A stretch of 64,000 nt of DNA. Source: Paracoccaceae bacterium. GTDB lineage: Bacteria > Pseudomonadota > Alphaproteobacteria > Rhodobacterales > Rhodobacteraceae. The position numbers and the translations under genes are program-made. The DNA lies in contig JANSXZ010000016.1 in the NCBI GenBank assembly GCA_024742705.1, forward strand, positions 8,617 through 72,616, read 5' to 3'. The notes under the pieces are model-generated. The model did not search any database, was not told the DNA's origin, and was given only the letters and a program-made list of their open reading frames with translations. Positions 1 through 10,145 of this stretch are shown here, one piece after another (position 1 is the stretch's first letter; each line of letters begins with the position of its first letter).

Positions 1-272
1 TCGCCCTCGGCGTCGTCGGTATTGGTTGAAATACCCAGCCGCACGGTGAACTCATAGGCCTTCAGCGCGTCGGTCACATAGGGCACCGTCTTGGTCGCCT
101 CGCCCAGCGCAACCGCCAGCACGCCGGTGGCGTCGGGGTCCAGCGTTCCGGCGTGGCCCGCTTTTTTCGCACCCAAGGCCCAGCGCACCTTGTTCACCAC
201 GGCCGTCGATGTCGGGCCGGCGGGTTTGTCCACCACCAGCCATCCCGAAATATCGCGCCCCTTGCGTGCCAT
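1..272 (-). CDS. truB: tRNA pseudouridine(55) synthase TruB, N-terminal part (gene continues beyond the left edge)
   Basis: Manual minus-strand translation from the ATG at 272 gives [61 protein letters not shown], the TruB signature including the catalytic-Asp motif GTLDP. It is not in the ORF track because it is open at the window edge. It lies downstream of rbfA, the conserved order. Confidence 0.9.
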   Translation of the reverse strand, partial: MARKGRDISGWLVVDKPAGPTSTAVVNKVRWALGAKKAGHAGTLDPDATGVLAVALGEATKTVPYVTDALKAYEFTVRLGISTNTDDAEG

Positions 273-337
273 GTCGTGCTCTCCCTCGGTTGAAGCCGGC
301 CGGGTATAGCGGCTGCGGCGGCGGGGTCAATGCCCGG

Positions 338-1135
338 TCAGCCCTGCGGCACCACAGTGCCCACCACCGGCCCCATGCGGAACCCCGGATCGTTGCGCCC
401 CAGATCCGGCGCATAAAGCCGCGAGATATTGCCGTCGAAGTACAGCGCCTGCGGCAGGTTCAGCGCATCGCGGAAGAAGCTGGCGAACCCGTGGAAGTTG
501 ACCGGGTTGCGCGAGACGACGAAAACCGCCTGGCTGCCATCGGCGGTGGTGCCGACACCGTTGCGCACATAGGTCGATGTGCCATCGGCCAGAAACCGGG
601 GATGCAGCGCACCGTCGATCACCAGCATCGGGCCCGATTGCGTGGCAAAGCGGCAATCGGGCGCGGTTTCGATGAAGCGCAGCGTTTCGATCACATCGGC
701 CCGGCCGTCCCGGATGCAGAAGACCCCGTTGGGCAGCAACCCGAAATTGCCAGGCCCGGCGTTGGGAATCACCCGCATCGTCTGAACGCCGTTTTCCACA
801 TAATGCCCGACAGGGGCGCGGTTGTCGTGGTACATGCCCGCGTTCATCGCAAAGCCCAGTTGCAGGCCGTCGCGGGCCAGCGCCGCGTCGATCCGCGAGA
901 AATGCCCGAAGGGAACGCCATCGGCATCGTTCAGAAACAGCCGCAGATCGGCGTTGCGCATATCCACCTGGCAGACGGAAAAGAGACTGTCGTCGTGGCG
1001 CATGTCGCGGCATTGCGTTGCGCTGCCGCCATCCGATCCGGTCGCCTCGGCCGCGCCGCCCCACAATCCCGCCGCGCCCGACATCAGCATCAGGCCGAAT
1101 GCCAGAACCGCAATGGCCGGACCCCTCGGAAGCAT
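338..1135 (-). CDS. secreted phosphodiester glycosidase family (DUF2233-like) protein
   Basis: 265-aa ORF with an N-terminal signal-like hydrophobic segment (AIAVLAFGLMLMSGAAG). The motifs NAGMY, LPNGVF and ATQSGPMLV resemble the DUF2233/phosphodiester glycosidase family. Its ATG overlaps the rbfA stop by 1 nt (TGATG). Confidence 0.6.
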   Translation of the reverse strand: MLPRGPAIAVLAFGLMLMSGAAGLWGGAAEATGSDGGSATQCRDMRHDDSLFSVCQVDMRNADLRLFLNDADGVPFGHFSRIDAALARDGLQLGFAMNAGMYHDNRAPVGHYVENGVQTMRVIPNAGPGNFGLLPNGVFCIRDGRADVIETLRFIETAPDCRFATQSGPMLVIDGALHPRFLADGTSTYVRNGVGTTADGSQAVFVVSRNPVNFHGFASFFRDALNLPQALYFDGNISRLYAPDLGRNDPGFRMGPVVGTVVPQG

Positions 1136-1530
1136 CAGCTTTCGACGTCCCGCCGCACCACGTCCTGATCCAGCATCCGGCGCGTTTCATCCATCCGGTC
1201 GAACGTCTCGTCCAGTTGGAACCGCAGGTCGGGTGCGAACTTCAGCGCCAGCTTGCGGCTGACCATGCGGCGCAATTCGCCCTTGTTGCGCGCCAGCAGT
1301 TTCAGAACGTCGTCCTGTCCCTTGCCGCCCAGCGGCAGAACATAGGCCGTGGCGATGCGCAGATCGGGCGAGGTGCGCACTTCGCCCACGGTGATCGACA
1401 GGCGGTTCAGCTCCGGATCGTGCACGTCACCGCGCGCCAGCACCTCGGACAGGCTGCGCCGGATCAATTCGCCAACGCGAAGTTGTCTCTGGGACGGTCC
1501 GCCGCCTTCATGAAATCGGTTCTTTGCCAT
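1135..1530 (-). CDS. rbfA: ribosome-binding factor A
   Basis: [31 protein letters not shown]...[19 protein letters not shown] is typical RbfA. I prefer the start at MAKNRF (1530) over the ORF-track start at 1539. Confidence 0.9.
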   Translation of the reverse strand: MAKNRFHEGGGPSQRQLRVGELIRRSLSEVLARGDVHDPELNRLSITVGEVRTSPDLRIATAYVLPLGGKGQDDVLKLLARNKGELRRMVSRKLALKFAPDLRFQLDETFDRMDETRRMLDQDVVRRDVES

Positions 1531-1613
1531 ACAGCCCATCTAAGCCTAACGGCAGGCTTTGCCAAGCGGGGCCGCATTGGATAAGCAGACCCGACCCACA
1601 ACAGGAGAACGAC

Positions 1614-2423
1614 ATGGCACAGGGGCCGGGAATGGTTGTAACGGGCGCCTCGGGGCGGATGGGGCAAATGCTGATCCGGGCGCTCGATGAACACGACGGC
1701 GCATATCTCAGCGGAGCGGTAGAGCGCGCGGGCCACCCATGGATCGGCGCCGATCTGGGCGAGGCGATGGGCGGCGCGGCCACGGGTGTGCGGGTAACCG
1801 ACGATCCGGTCGAAGCCTTCGCCAAGGCCCAGGCGGTTCTGGATTTCACCGCCCCCGAGGCCACGCTGGAATTCGCCGCGCTGGCGGCCCAGGCGCGCGC
1901 GGTGCATGTGATCGGAACCACAGGCATGTCTGATGACCAGACCGCGCGGCTGGCGCCCGCCGCGCGCCATGCCGTGATCGTGCGCGCCGGCAACATGAGT
2001 CTGGGCGTCAACCTTCTGGTGCAACTGACCCGCCAGGTGGCCGCCGCGCTGGGCGAGGATTTCGATATCGAAATCGTCGAATCGCATCACAACCAGAAGG
2101 TCGATGTGCCTTCGGGCACCGCGCTGATGCTGGGCGAGGCGGCGGCCGAAGGCCGTGGCGTGAAGCTGGCCGAAGTTGCCGATCGCGGCCGCGACGGGAT
2201 GACAGGCGCACGGCGGCGCGGCGACATAGGGTTCACCGCGATCCGCGGCGGCGACATCGTCGGAGAACACGACGTGATGTTTGCCGGCGCCGGTGAACGC
2301 ATCGTCCTGCGGCACCTGGCCACCGACCGGATGCTGTTTGCCCGCGGCGCGCTGCGCGCCGCGCTCTGGGGGCAGGATCAGGCACCGGGGCAGTACGATA
2401 TGCTGGACGTTCTGGGGCTCTGA
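1614..2423 (+). CDS. dapB: 4-hydroxy-tetrahydrodipicolinate reductase
   Basis: [14 protein letters not shown](P)-binding motif and the E(S)HHxxKxDxPSGTA signature ([20 protein letters not shown]). The start was moved to the ATG at 1614, which is preceded by CAGGAGA. Confidence 0.93.
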   Translation: MAQGPGMVVTGASGRMGQMLIRALDEHDGAYLSGAVERAGHPWIGADLGEAMGGAATGVRVTDDPVEAFAKAQAVLDFTAPEATLEFAALAAQARAVHVIGTTGMSDDQTARLAPAARHAVIVRAGNMSLGVNLLVQLTRQVAAALGEDFDIEIVESHHNQKVDVPSGTALMLGEAAAEGRGVKLAEVADRGRDGMTGARRRGDIGFTAIRGGDIVGEHDVMFAGAGERIVLRHLATDRMLFARGALRAALWGQDQAPGQYDMLDVLGL

Positions 2424-2429
2424 CACGGC

Positions 2430-2445
2430 CCGCGCGGATTTTTTT
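2430..2445 (+). terminator. weak candidate terminator after dapB (GC palindrome CCGCGCGG followed by T7)
   Basis: CCGCGCGG at 2430-2437, then A and seven T (2439-2445), immediately after the dapB stop. The stem is very short. Confidence 0.3.
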
Positions 2446-2516
2446 GCTGCCTGATGAAACCGGAATCAGGTATGTATCGTATATCTGATATGTCTTTGAA
2501 CCGAAGGATAACGGGC

Positions 2517-2870
2517 ATGAGGATCGCAGCGTGGATAACAGGGCTGTCGCTGGCCGCCGCAGGGCCGGCGCTGGCCGATTTCGCCAAGGTGTCGGATGGC
2601 GGCCTGTTCAAACAGATCGTCACCGGCAAAACCCTGACCCGGCCACTCGTCCGGCTTGAGGTGTCGCCCGCCGGCGTCATCTCGGGCAAGGGCGCGGCCT
2701 GGGAGGTGACGGGCGAATGGCGCTGGCAGGATGGCTATTTCTGCCGCGACCTGTCGTGGGGCGGAACCGATCTGGGATACAACTGCCAGGAAGTCGCTGT
2801 TCGCGGTGACGAAATCCGGTTTACCTCGGACCGTGGGGCCGGCGATTCGGCCGCCTTCCGGCTGCGCTGA
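2517..2870 (+). CDS. small secreted hypothetical protein
   Basis: MRIAAWITGLSLAAAGPALA is signal-peptide-like. GC3-rich codon usage. I recognise no family. Confidence 0.6.
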   Translation: MRIAAWITGLSLAAAGPALADFAKVSDGGLFKQIVTGKTLTRPLVRLEVSPAGVISGKGAAWEVTGEWRWQDGYFCRDLSWGGTDLGYNCQEVAVRGDEIRFTSDRGAGDSAAFRLR

Positions 2871-2873
2871 ACA

Positions 2874-3269
2874 TTACGGCGCGGCGGCCCAGACCTCGAC
2901 CTCGACCTTGAATTCGGGCCGGGTAAACCCCGAAACGATCACCAGAGTGGATGTCGGCAATGACGCTGCGTCGGTGTCGGCCAGGAACTGGTCGCGCGCC
3001 TTCATATAGCCCTGCATGTGGGCGCGGTCGGTCACGAAGGCGCTGACGTGAAACACATCGTCGGCGCCCATCCCGGCCTCGGCGAGGATGGCGATTATGT
3101 TGCCGAAACACAGGCGCGCCTGATCGTAGGCATCGGGCGGCACGCTGCCATCTCGCCCCAACGCCAACTGGCCCGACGTGCGTACGATGCGCTGGCCGGG
3201 CTGGATTTCGACGCCATGCGCATAGCGTGCGAAAGGCGGGGCGATGGATGCGGGCCCAAGCGATTTCAT
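2874..3269 (-). CDS. RidA/YjgF family enamine/imine deaminase-like protein
   Basis: The C-terminal 131 aa of the long track ORF 2874..6329: MKSLGPASIAPPFARYAHGVEI...RTSGQLAL...VEVEVWA, typical of the Rid family. ATG at 3269 with GGAGAC upstream. The rest of the 1151-aa ORF is antisense artefact. Confidence 0.85.
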   Translation of the reverse strand: MKSLGPASIAPPFARYAHGVEIQPGQRIVRTSGQLALGRDGSVPPDAYDQARLCFGNIIAILAEAGMGADDVFHVSAFVTDRAHMQGYMKARDQFLADTDAASLPTSTLVIVSGFTRPEFKVEVEVWAAAP

Positions 3270-3425
3270 CGGTGTCTCCGTCGGCGGCTGAAGTTTCATC
3301 TTGCCTGAATCGTCGGCATTTGAAAGGCTGGCCCTTGAAATTGGCACGGACTGATCGTCTCCAGGGCCACGCAACGCACATTCTCTGAACGGAGGAATGA
3401 TGACACAGCGTGTTCCTGTCGCCCA

Positions 3426-4661
3426 TTGGCCATGGCCCCGTCCATGACCGCCCCCCGGATCATACCCGACGTCCTGGTGCCCGCGTGCTTTGTGCCGACC
3501 GGCGAAGATTTCGGCCGCGGCGCTGCCGGCGGGCATCACGGAGACATGGTCTTGCGCAATGGCCGGGTGGCCGGCCTGCGGCCGCGCGCGCAGCCCGCCG
3601 GCCCCGATACGCGCCTTGTCCTGCCGGCGCTGACCGAAGCGCATTGCCATCTCGACAAATGCCACACGGTGCACCGGCTGCCCGCTGTCGGCGGCGATCT
3701 GGCCGCCGCCATCGCCGCGCAGGGCGCCGACAAGGTGCGCTGGAGCGCCGAAGACCTGGCCGACCGCGCCGCGCGCGGCCTGCGCGAGGCGGCGGCCAAC
3801 GGATGCGCCGCATTGCGCAGCCATGTGGATTGGGGCGACGCTGCGGATCCGCCGCTGGCTTGGCGGGTTCTGGGCGATGCGGCACGGCAGGTGCCCGGCG
3901 TCGCGCTGAACCGCGCGGCACTGACAGGTGCCGACGCTCTGGCTCGGGACGGCTGGGCCGATGCGGTGGCCCGTGCGATCGCGCCCGATGCCGGGACGCT
4001 GGGCGCCTTCGTTCTGGATCAGCCCGACCGCGCATTGGGCGTGCGGGCCGCCTTCGCCGCCGCCGACCGCTACGGGCTGGCGCTGGATTTTCATGTCGAC
4101 GAAGGGCTGGCACAGGGGCTGAACGGTCTGGAAATGATCGCCGATACCGCTCTGGACACCGGGTTCCAGGGGCCGGTGCTGTGCGGCCACGCCTGCAGCC
4201 TGATGAACGTCACCGGCGCGGATCTGGCGCGCATCCTCGACAAGCTGGCGCGCGCGGGCATCACCGTCTGCGCGTTGCCGACCACCAACCTTTATTTGCA
4301 AGGGCGCGGCGCGGGCACCCCGGACAGGCGCGGCCTGACCCGCCTGCGCGAGATGCGGGCCGCCGGTGTGGCCATCGCTGTCGGCTCGGACAACGTGGCC
4401 GATGCCTTCTGCCCGGTCGGCGCGCACGATCCGATGGCGGCGCTGCATCTTGCGGTTCTCACAGGCCACCTGGACCCGCCGTTCGATCGCTGGCTGGGCA
4501 TGGTCACCACCGATGCGGCCCGCGCGCTGGGCCATGCCCCGACGATGGTGCCCGGCGCGCATATCCGCGACCTGCGGATCAGCGACGCCAGCGACATCGC
4601 CACACTGATATCCGGCAGGGCCGGCGCGCTGGCGCCCCTGCCGCAACCACAGGAGATCTGA
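3426..4661 (+). CDS. amidohydrolase family protein, cytosine-deaminase-like
   Basis: Metal-binding HxH (EAHCHLDK), DFHVDE and GSDN motifs. Length of 411 aa is consistent with CodA-like amidohydrolases. The exact start is uncertain. Confidence 0.75.
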   Translation: MAMAPSMTAPRIIPDVLVPACFVPTGEDFGRGAAGGHHGDMVLRNGRVAGLRPRAQPAGPDTRLVLPALTEAHCHLDKCHTVHRLPAVGGDLAAAIAAQGADKVRWSAEDLADRAARGLREAAANGCAALRSHVDWGDAADPPLAWRVLGDAARQVPGVALNRAALTGADALARDGWADAVARAIAPDAGTLGAFVLDQPDRALGVRAAFAAADRYGLALDFHVDEGLAQGLNGLEMIADTALDTGFQGPVLCGHACSLMNVTGADLARILDKLARAGITVCALPTTNLYLQGRGAGTPDRRGLTRLREMRAAGVAIAVGSDNVADAFCPVGAHDPMAALHLAVLTGHLDPPFDRWLGMVTTDAARALGHAPTMVPGAHIRDLRISDASDIATLISGRAGALAPLPQPQEI

Positions 4662-4664
4662 CAC

Positions 4665-6080
4665 ATGACATCCATTTCCGGCAAGACCGACATCGACTGG
4701 GCGGCCTTCGCGGCCGATCTGGCTCCGGTCGAGGTGATTTCCGATCCTGTCCTGGTGAAGAAACGCAGCCGCGATTTCTTCTGGTATTCGCCGCTGCTGA
4801 ACGCCGAACTGCGCAGTTGCTTCGGCGATCTGGTCGCGCGTCCTGCGGATGCCGGCGAAATGGCCCATGTTCTTTCGGTGGCCCACACCCATGACGCGCC
4901 GGTGGTGCTGCGGGGGGGCGGCACGGGCAACTACGGCCAGGCGGTGCCGATGGATGGCGGGTTGATCGTGGAAACCACCGCGATGAACCGGATTCTGGAG
5001 ATCGGCGACGATTTCGTGCGGGCCGAAGCGGGTGCTCTCATGGCCGACATCAACTCCGCGCTGTTGGCGCAGGGGCGGGAAATGGCGATGTTTCCATCCA
5101 CCCAGGACATCGCAACCGTCGGCGGGTTCGTCGCCGGCGGGTCGGCGGGCATCGGATCGATCGCCAACGGCGCGCTGCGCGATCCGGGCAACATCGTCGC
5201 GCTGACCGCGCTGTCGGTCGAACAAACGCCACGGGCGCGGGTGTTCGAAGGCGCCGAGGCGCTGCAGATCCACCACGCATGGGGTCTGAACGGCGTCATC
5301 GTCGACGTGACGCTGCGCACCGTGCCAACCCGCGACTGGGTCGGCTGCCTGGCAACCTTTGATGACTACGCCCAGGCCTATGCCGCCGGTCATGCGCTGG
5401 CCCGCGCCGAAGACATCGGGCGCAAGCTGCTGACAACGGTAGACGCGCGGATCACCGAATATTTCCCGCGGCTGGTTGGCCATATCCGCCCCGGCAAACA
5501 CCTTCTGGTGTCGATGCTTCCAGCCGAAGACGTTCTGCGCTTCCAGGCGCTGATCGAAGATATGGGCGGCCATGTCGATCTGGTTCTGACCGAAGCGCGG
5601 CGCACCGCTCTCAAGTTGCCGCATGTGTTCGACTTTTCCTACAACCACACGACACTTCAGGTGCTCAAGCAGGATCGCAAGGCAACCTATCAGCAAGTCG
5701 GATGCCCGGTGCCGCCCGATCCGAAAGCCATCGCGGCCTTGCGCCCGAAACTGGGCGACGACGTCTGGATGCACCACGAATTCGCCCGCGTCGGCGGCGA
5801 GATCGTCACCTTCGATCTGCCGATCATCTGGTATTCCACACCCGAACGGCTGGCCGAGATCAATGCCACCTACGAGGCGAACGGGTTTCCCGTCTACGAC
5901 GCGCATACCTGGCGCGTCGAAGGCGGCGGCCTGAAGAACGCCGATTACACCCACCTTGCATGGAAGAAACGCATGGATCCCAAAGGGCTTCTGAACGCCG
6001 CCAAATCCGCCGTCTGGCCCGAGGTCAGGCATCTGTCGCCCGAGGCGATCGAAGCCCGCAAGACACAGGTGGCGCAATGA
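4665..6080 (+). CDS. FAD-binding (PCMH-type) oxidoreductase
   Basis: RGGGTGNYGQAVP FAD-binding motif; 471 aa. It starts 4 nt after the amidohydrolase stop. Confidence 0.8.
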   Translation: MTSISGKTDIDWAAFAADLAPVEVISDPVLVKKRSRDFFWYSPLLNAELRSCFGDLVARPADAGEMAHVLSVAHTHDAPVVLRGGGTGNYGQAVPMDGGLIVETTAMNRILEIGDDFVRAEAGALMADINSALLAQGREMAMFPSTQDIATVGGFVAGGSAGIGSIANGALRDPGNIVALTALSVEQTPRARVFEGAEALQIHHAWGLNGVIVDVTLRTVPTRDWVGCLATFDDYAQAYAAGHALARAEDIGRKLLTTVDARITEYFPRLVGHIRPGKHLLVSMLPAEDVLRFQALIEDMGGHVDLVLTEARRTALKLPHVFDFSYNHTTLQVLKQDRKATYQQVGCPVPPDPKAIAALRPKLGDDVWMHHEFARVGGEIVTFDLPIIWYSTPERLAEINATYEANGFPVYDAHTWRVEGGGLKNADYTHLAWKKRMDPKGLLNAAKSAVWPEVRHLSPEAIEARKTQVAQ

Positions 6081-6961
6081 ACGCCCCGGCGCCGCGCACC
6101 GTCCCGCTGCATCCGCTTTTCGGAGTGGAGGTGCAGGATGTCGAACTGGCCACCGTCGATGACACCGGCCATGCCCGGATTCGCGCTCTTTTCGAAACCC
6201 ATTCCGTGCTTTTGTTTCGCGGGCAGGATCTGACGGACGACGATCACATGCGGCTGGCCGAGCGGTTCGGCCCAATCGAGGACCGCAACGCCGACGAACG
6301 CCCGAAGGGCGAAAAGATGTCGGTTCCATCGGTGTCGAACATCCGCGAGGACGGCTCGCTGACCGGGGAAATGGATCTGCACACGCTGCACCTCAAGGCC
6401 AACATGCTGTGGCATTGCGACAGCACCTTCATGCCTCAGCCGGCGCTGTGCAACATCCTGATCGGGCGCATCGTCACCCGCACCGGAGGCGAAACCCAAC
6501 TGGCATCGACCCGCGCCGCCTGGGCGCAGATGCCCGAAACGCTGAAGGCCAGGCTGCGCCACGTCCGGCTGCGGCATCACTATTCCCACAGCCGCGCCCG
6601 GATCTCGCCCGAGCTTGCCGCGCTGCCGATGTTCCACAAATGGCCCGCCCAGAGCTGGCCCGCGGTCTGGCGCAATCCGGTCAACGGCGCCGAGGCGCTT
6701 TATGTTGCCAGCCACGCCTACGAGGTCGAAGGCATGGACCCGAAGGCAGGTGCCGGCCTGATAGACGAGGCTCTCGAGTGGGCCACACAGTCGCGGTTTG
6801 TCTTTTCTCACCGCTGGAATGTCGGAGATGTACTAGTATGGGACCAGCGTGCAGTGTTGCATCGGGCGACGCCCTGGAATTCTTCCGAACCGCGCAAGCT
6901 GACAAGCCTGTGCGTTTCGGCCACGGATGAGGACGGACTGGCGGCCATGACGATGAGGTGA
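6077..6961 (+). CDS. TauD/TfdA family Fe(II)/2-oxoglutarate dioxygenase
   Basis: [24 protein letters not shown]..., WHCDSTF (HxD facial triad) and [13 protein letters not shown]. The ATG at 6077 overlaps the upstream stop (ATGA), suggesting translational coupling. Confidence 0.85.
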   Translation: MNAPAPRTVPLHPLFGVEVQDVELATVDDTGHARIRALFETHSVLLFRGQDLTDDDHMRLAERFGPIEDRNADERPKGEKMSVPSVSNIREDGSLTGEMDLHTLHLKANMLWHCDSTFMPQPALCNILIGRIVTRTGGETQLASTRAAWAQMPETLKARLRHVRLRHHYSHSRARISPELAALPMFHKWPAQSWPAVWRNPVNGAEALYVASHAYEVEGMDPKAGAGLIDEALEWATQSRFVFSHRWNVGDVLVWDQRAVLHRATPWNSSEPRKLTSLCVSATDEDGLAAMTMR

Positions 6962-7064
6962 GAAACCCGAGCGACACTTGACTTTCCGTTCTCCAACGCC
7001 GCACAAAGTGGCACAAAAAAACAATCGCGGCAAAGTCGCTGAACCAATGACAGAGAGGAAGAAG

Positions 7065-8726
7065 ATGACATTTTACACACGCACCGGCAGGAAACTGCCG
7101 CAGGTTATCGTGGATCAGGCCGACAAGGTCGGCAAGGACGCGGTGAACCGCCGCGAATTCCTGGCACTGGCCAGCGCTTTTGGCGCCACCGCCGCAACCG
7201 CCTATTCCATGCTGGGCATGGCGGCACCGGCGCATGCCGGCGGCCACGCCAAGATGGGCGGCACCGTACGCATCCAGCAGGAAGTGCGCGCCCTGAAGGA
7301 TCCGCGCACCTACGACTGGAGCCAGATCGCGAACTTCAGCCGGGGCTGGCTCGAGTATCTGGTGTCGTATGAAAACGACGGCACGTTCCAGCCGCAGCTT
7401 CTGGAAAGCTGGGAAGTCAACGACGACGCCACTCAATACACGCTGAACGTCCGCAAGGGCGTCAAGTGGAATGACGGCAGCGACTTCACCGCAGAAGACG
7501 TGGCGCGCAACATCACCGGATGGTGCGACAAGAACATGGAAGGCAATTCGATGGCCGGCCGCATGGCCACGCTGATCGACGAAGCCACCGGCAAGGCCAT
7601 GGAAGGCGCGATCACCGCAACCGACAGCCACACCGTGGTGCTGTCGCTGCCCAAGCCCGACATCTCGCTGATCCCCGGCATGGCGGATTACCCCGCGGCC
7701 ATCGTGCCTGCCGGGTTCTCGCCGGAAACCATGCTGGACAACCCGGTCGGCACCGGGCCCTACCTGCCTGAAATGCTGGAAGTCGGCGTGAAGGCGGTTC
7801 TGGTGCGCAACGAGAACCACACCTGGTGGAACGAAGGCAACGGCGCCTTCATGGACCGGATCGAAATCATCGACTACGGCACCGACCCGTCTGCTTGGGT
7901 CGCGGCCGCCGAGGCCGACGAAGTCGACATGCTGTATTCGGTCGATGGCGATTTCATCGACATCATGGCCACGATCGACGGCTGGACCCAGCACGAGATC
8001 GTGACCGCCTCGACGATCGTGATCCGGCCCAACCAGCTGGCCGAAGTGGATGGCATGAAGCCCTACGCCGATCCGCGCGTGCGCAAGGCGATCCAGATGG
8101 CCGTCGACAACTCGGTTCTGCTGGAGCTGGGCTATGGCGGGCGCGGGCAGGTTGCCGAAAACCACCACGTCGGTCCGATGCACCCGGAGTACGCGCCGCT
8201 GCCGCCGCTGACGGTGGATCCGGCCGGTGCCAAGGCGCTTCTGGACGAAGCGGGCATGGGCGATTTCGAAATGGAAATCATGTCCATCGACGATGCGTGG
8301 CGCAAGGACACCACCGACGCCGTGGCCGCCCAGCTGGGTGACGCCGGCTTCAACGTCAAGCGGACGGTTCTGCCCGGCTCGACCTTCTGGAACGACTGGG
8401 TGAAGTACCCGTTCTCGTCCACCAACTGGAACCACCGCCCGCTGGGTGTCCAGATCTGGGCACTGGCCTATCGCACCGGCGAGGCATGGAACGAATTCGG
8501 CTATTCCAACCCCGAGTTCGACGCCATCCTCGAAAAGGCCCTTGCCACGGCGGATCTGGAAGCGCGCAAGGTGCTGATGGCGCAGGGCGAAGCGCTGCTC
8601 CAGGCCGATGCGGTGACGATCCAGCCTTACTGGCGGTCGCTGTACAACCACACCAAGGAAAACCTTGCGGGTGGCGGCCACCATATCTCGTTCGAGATCC
8701 GGCCCGAGCGTCTGGCCTGGACCTGA
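7065..8726 (+). CDS. ABC transporter substrate-binding protein, family 5 (peptide/nickel/opine type), Tat signal
   Basis: Twin-arginine-like leader ([32 protein letters not shown]) and length and composition typical of SBP family 5. ATG at 7065 is preceded by GAGAGGAAG; 7047 is an alternative start. Confidence 0.85.
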   Translation: MTFYTRTGRKLPQVIVDQADKVGKDAVNRREFLALASAFGATAATAYSMLGMAAPAHAGGHAKMGGTVRIQQEVRALKDPRTYDWSQIANFSRGWLEYLVSYENDGTFQPQLLESWEVNDDATQYTLNVRKGVKWNDGSDFTAEDVARNITGWCDKNMEGNSMAGRMATLIDEATGKAMEGAITATDSHTVVLSLPKPDISLIPGMADYPAAIVPAGFSPETMLDNPVGTGPYLPEMLEVGVKAVLVRNENHTWWNEGNGAFMDRIEIIDYGTDPSAWVAAAEADEVDMLYSVDGDFIDIMATIDGWTQHEIVTASTIVIRPNQLAEVDGMKPYADPRVRKAIQMAVDNSVLLELGYGGRGQVAENHHVGPMHPEYAPLPPLTVDPAGAKALLDEAGMGDFEMEIMSIDDAWRKDTTDAVAAQLGDAGFNVKRTVLPGSTFWNDWVKYPFSSTNWNHRPLGVQIWALAYRTGEAWNEFGYSNPEFDAILEKALATADLEARKVLMAQGEALLQADAVTIQPYWRSLYNHTKENLAGGGHHISFEIRPERLAWT

Positions 8727-8742
8727 TCGCACGAAAAGACCG

Positions 8743-8770
8743 GGGGCCGCTGCAATGCGGCCCCTTTTTT
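8743..8770 (+). terminator. rho-independent terminator after the binding-protein gene
   Basis: GGGGCCGC-TGCAAT-GCGGCCCC perfect 8-bp stem followed by TTTTTT, 17 nt after the stop codon. Confidence 0.85.
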
Positions 8771-8783
8771 CTGTCCAACGGTC

Positions 8784-9290
8784 ATGGATACGCCCGGCAT
8801 GTTCGACGTCATGATCCTGATCGCGCAGGCGTCTTCGCTGGCGCTGATTGCGGCCTGGCTCGCCACCGGCGTCTGGGATAATCTGCGCCATCCTTCAGTG
8901 AATGAAACCTACACCGCGCAGGTTCTCAGCATGGCGCGCATGGCTCAGGAATACCCCGCCGAACACGCGCAGGTCGCCCATCGCGCGATCCACGGCCGGG
9001 CGCTGCAACGGCTGGCCTTCCGGATCGTCGTCGCCGCCGAGCTGGTGGCGGCGCTTGTGCTCTGGGCCGGGGTCGTGGCATTGCTGATGGCCCTCGCCGG
9101 AACCGCCACACCAGAGATTGCCCGCACAATCGCCCTGGCGGGCGCGCTGCTGTTCACTGCCGTCTGGGGGGCATTTCTGGTGGTGGGGAACTATTTCTCA
9201 TACTGGTTCTGCCATGAGGGTGCGCAGAACACGCATTACCAGATGACGCTGTGGGGCATGGCGAACATGGTTCTTCTGGTCGCCGCCTGA
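8784..9290 (+). CDS. small integral membrane protein (DUF2165-like)
   Basis: 168 aa with four predicted hydrophobic helices. The family assignment is from memory only. Confidence 0.6.
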   Translation: MDTPGMFDVMILIAQASSLALIAAWLATGVWDNLRHPSVNETYTAQVLSMARMAQEYPAEHAQVAHRAIHGRALQRLAFRIVVAAELVAALVLWAGVVALLMALAGTATPEIARTIALAGALLFTAVWGAFLVVGNYFSYWFCHEGAQNTHYQMTLWGMANMVLLVAA

Positions 9291-9369
9291 CACCGGCCTT
9301 GTGGCTGGACATCGGGTTTTCGCTTCGCCTACGGTTGCGGCGGCGCATTGCGCGCCGAGGTTTGCACCG

Positions 9370-10116
9370 ATGCCCTGTCCCGCCGCCACGATCCAGATCC
9401 ATCGGCTGCCCGGCATGTCCGTCGATATCGTCCCGGCGCCGGTCGGACGCGGGTGGATGGACCGGTCGCGCGAACGTGCCGCCTATCGCTGCCTGCCGAT
9501 GAACATCGCCAATGCGCACGGCTGGCAGATCCTGTGCCGTGCCGGTTTCAGCGTCAGGTGGAACGGCACGTCCGGCACCGATGCTCTTGAATTCCGCTAT
9601 GACACGCCGGGCGTGCAACCGGCGATATCGCATTTCGGCGCCGGTATCGTCACCTTCGACATTCCGGCCGTGTTCCGCACACCGCCCGGCGTTGCGATCT
9701 TTGCGATGGGGCCGACCAATGCCAACCGCCTCGGGCTGGCGCCTCTCAGCGGGGTGGTCGAAACCGATTGGCTGCCGTTCACCTTCACCATGAACTGGCA
9801 GGTCTACGCGCGCGATCACTGGATCTCGTTCCGCAAGGGCGATCCTTACTGTCAGTTCTTTCCCGTGCGGCTGGACGAACTGGAGGGCTATGCGCTGGAG
9901 TTGCACGACCTGGCGGATTCACCCGAACTGCACAGCCAGTTCAGCGGTTTCTCTGAATCGCGCCGCAGCTTTCTGGCCGAGATGAAAGACCGCGATTCCG
10001 ACGCCGCGCGGGCACAATGGCAACGCGACTATTTCCGCGGCCACGGCATAGATGCCGAACGCATCAAACACCGCACTTCCCTGAAACTCGCGCGGCCGAA
10101 GCCGGCTGGCGGCTGA
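9370..10116 (+). CDS. conserved hypothetical protein (DUF6065-like)
   Basis: MPCPAATIQIHRL...YRCLPMNIANAHGWQILC. The CLP..AN..GW motif recalls DUF6065 and function is unknown. Start chosen at the first internal ATG (9370); the track ORF begins at 9301. Confidence 0.55.
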   Translation: MPCPAATIQIHRLPGMSVDIVPAPVGRGWMDRSRERAAYRCLPMNIANAHGWQILCRAGFSVRWNGTSGTDALEFRYDTPGVQPAISHFGAGIVTFDIPAVFRTPPGVAIFAMGPTNANRLGLAPLSGVVETDWLPFTFTMNWQVYARDHWISFRKGDPYCQFFPVRLDELEGYALELHDLADSPELHSQFSGFSESRRSFLAEMKDRDSDAARAQWQRDYFRGHGIDAERIKHRTSLKLARPKPAGG

Positions 10117-10145
10117 TCACCACGGAAAACAGAAAGGCGCATTTC

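Noticed and set aside
2450-2470. Hairpin CCTGAT-N9-ATCAGG upstream of the small secreted protein gene, considered as a regulatory RNA element.
   Set aside because: It is a short 6-bp stem in an AT-rich spacer. I recognise no riboswitch or leader motif in it, and I cannot assess conservation.
3342-3357. TGGCAC-GGACT-GATCG upstream of the amidohydrolase gene, considered as a sigma-54 promoter.
   Set aside because: The -12 element is wrong (AT where GC is required, and no TTGC). Only the -24 half matches.
3270-6329. Upstream roughly 1020 codons of the 1151-aa minus-strand track ORF 2874..6329.
   Set aside because: Only the last 131 codons (RidA) look like a real protein. The rest is Arg/Gly/Pro/Ala-rich low-complexity sequence antisense to three well-supported plus-strand genes, a typical high-GC shadow ORF.
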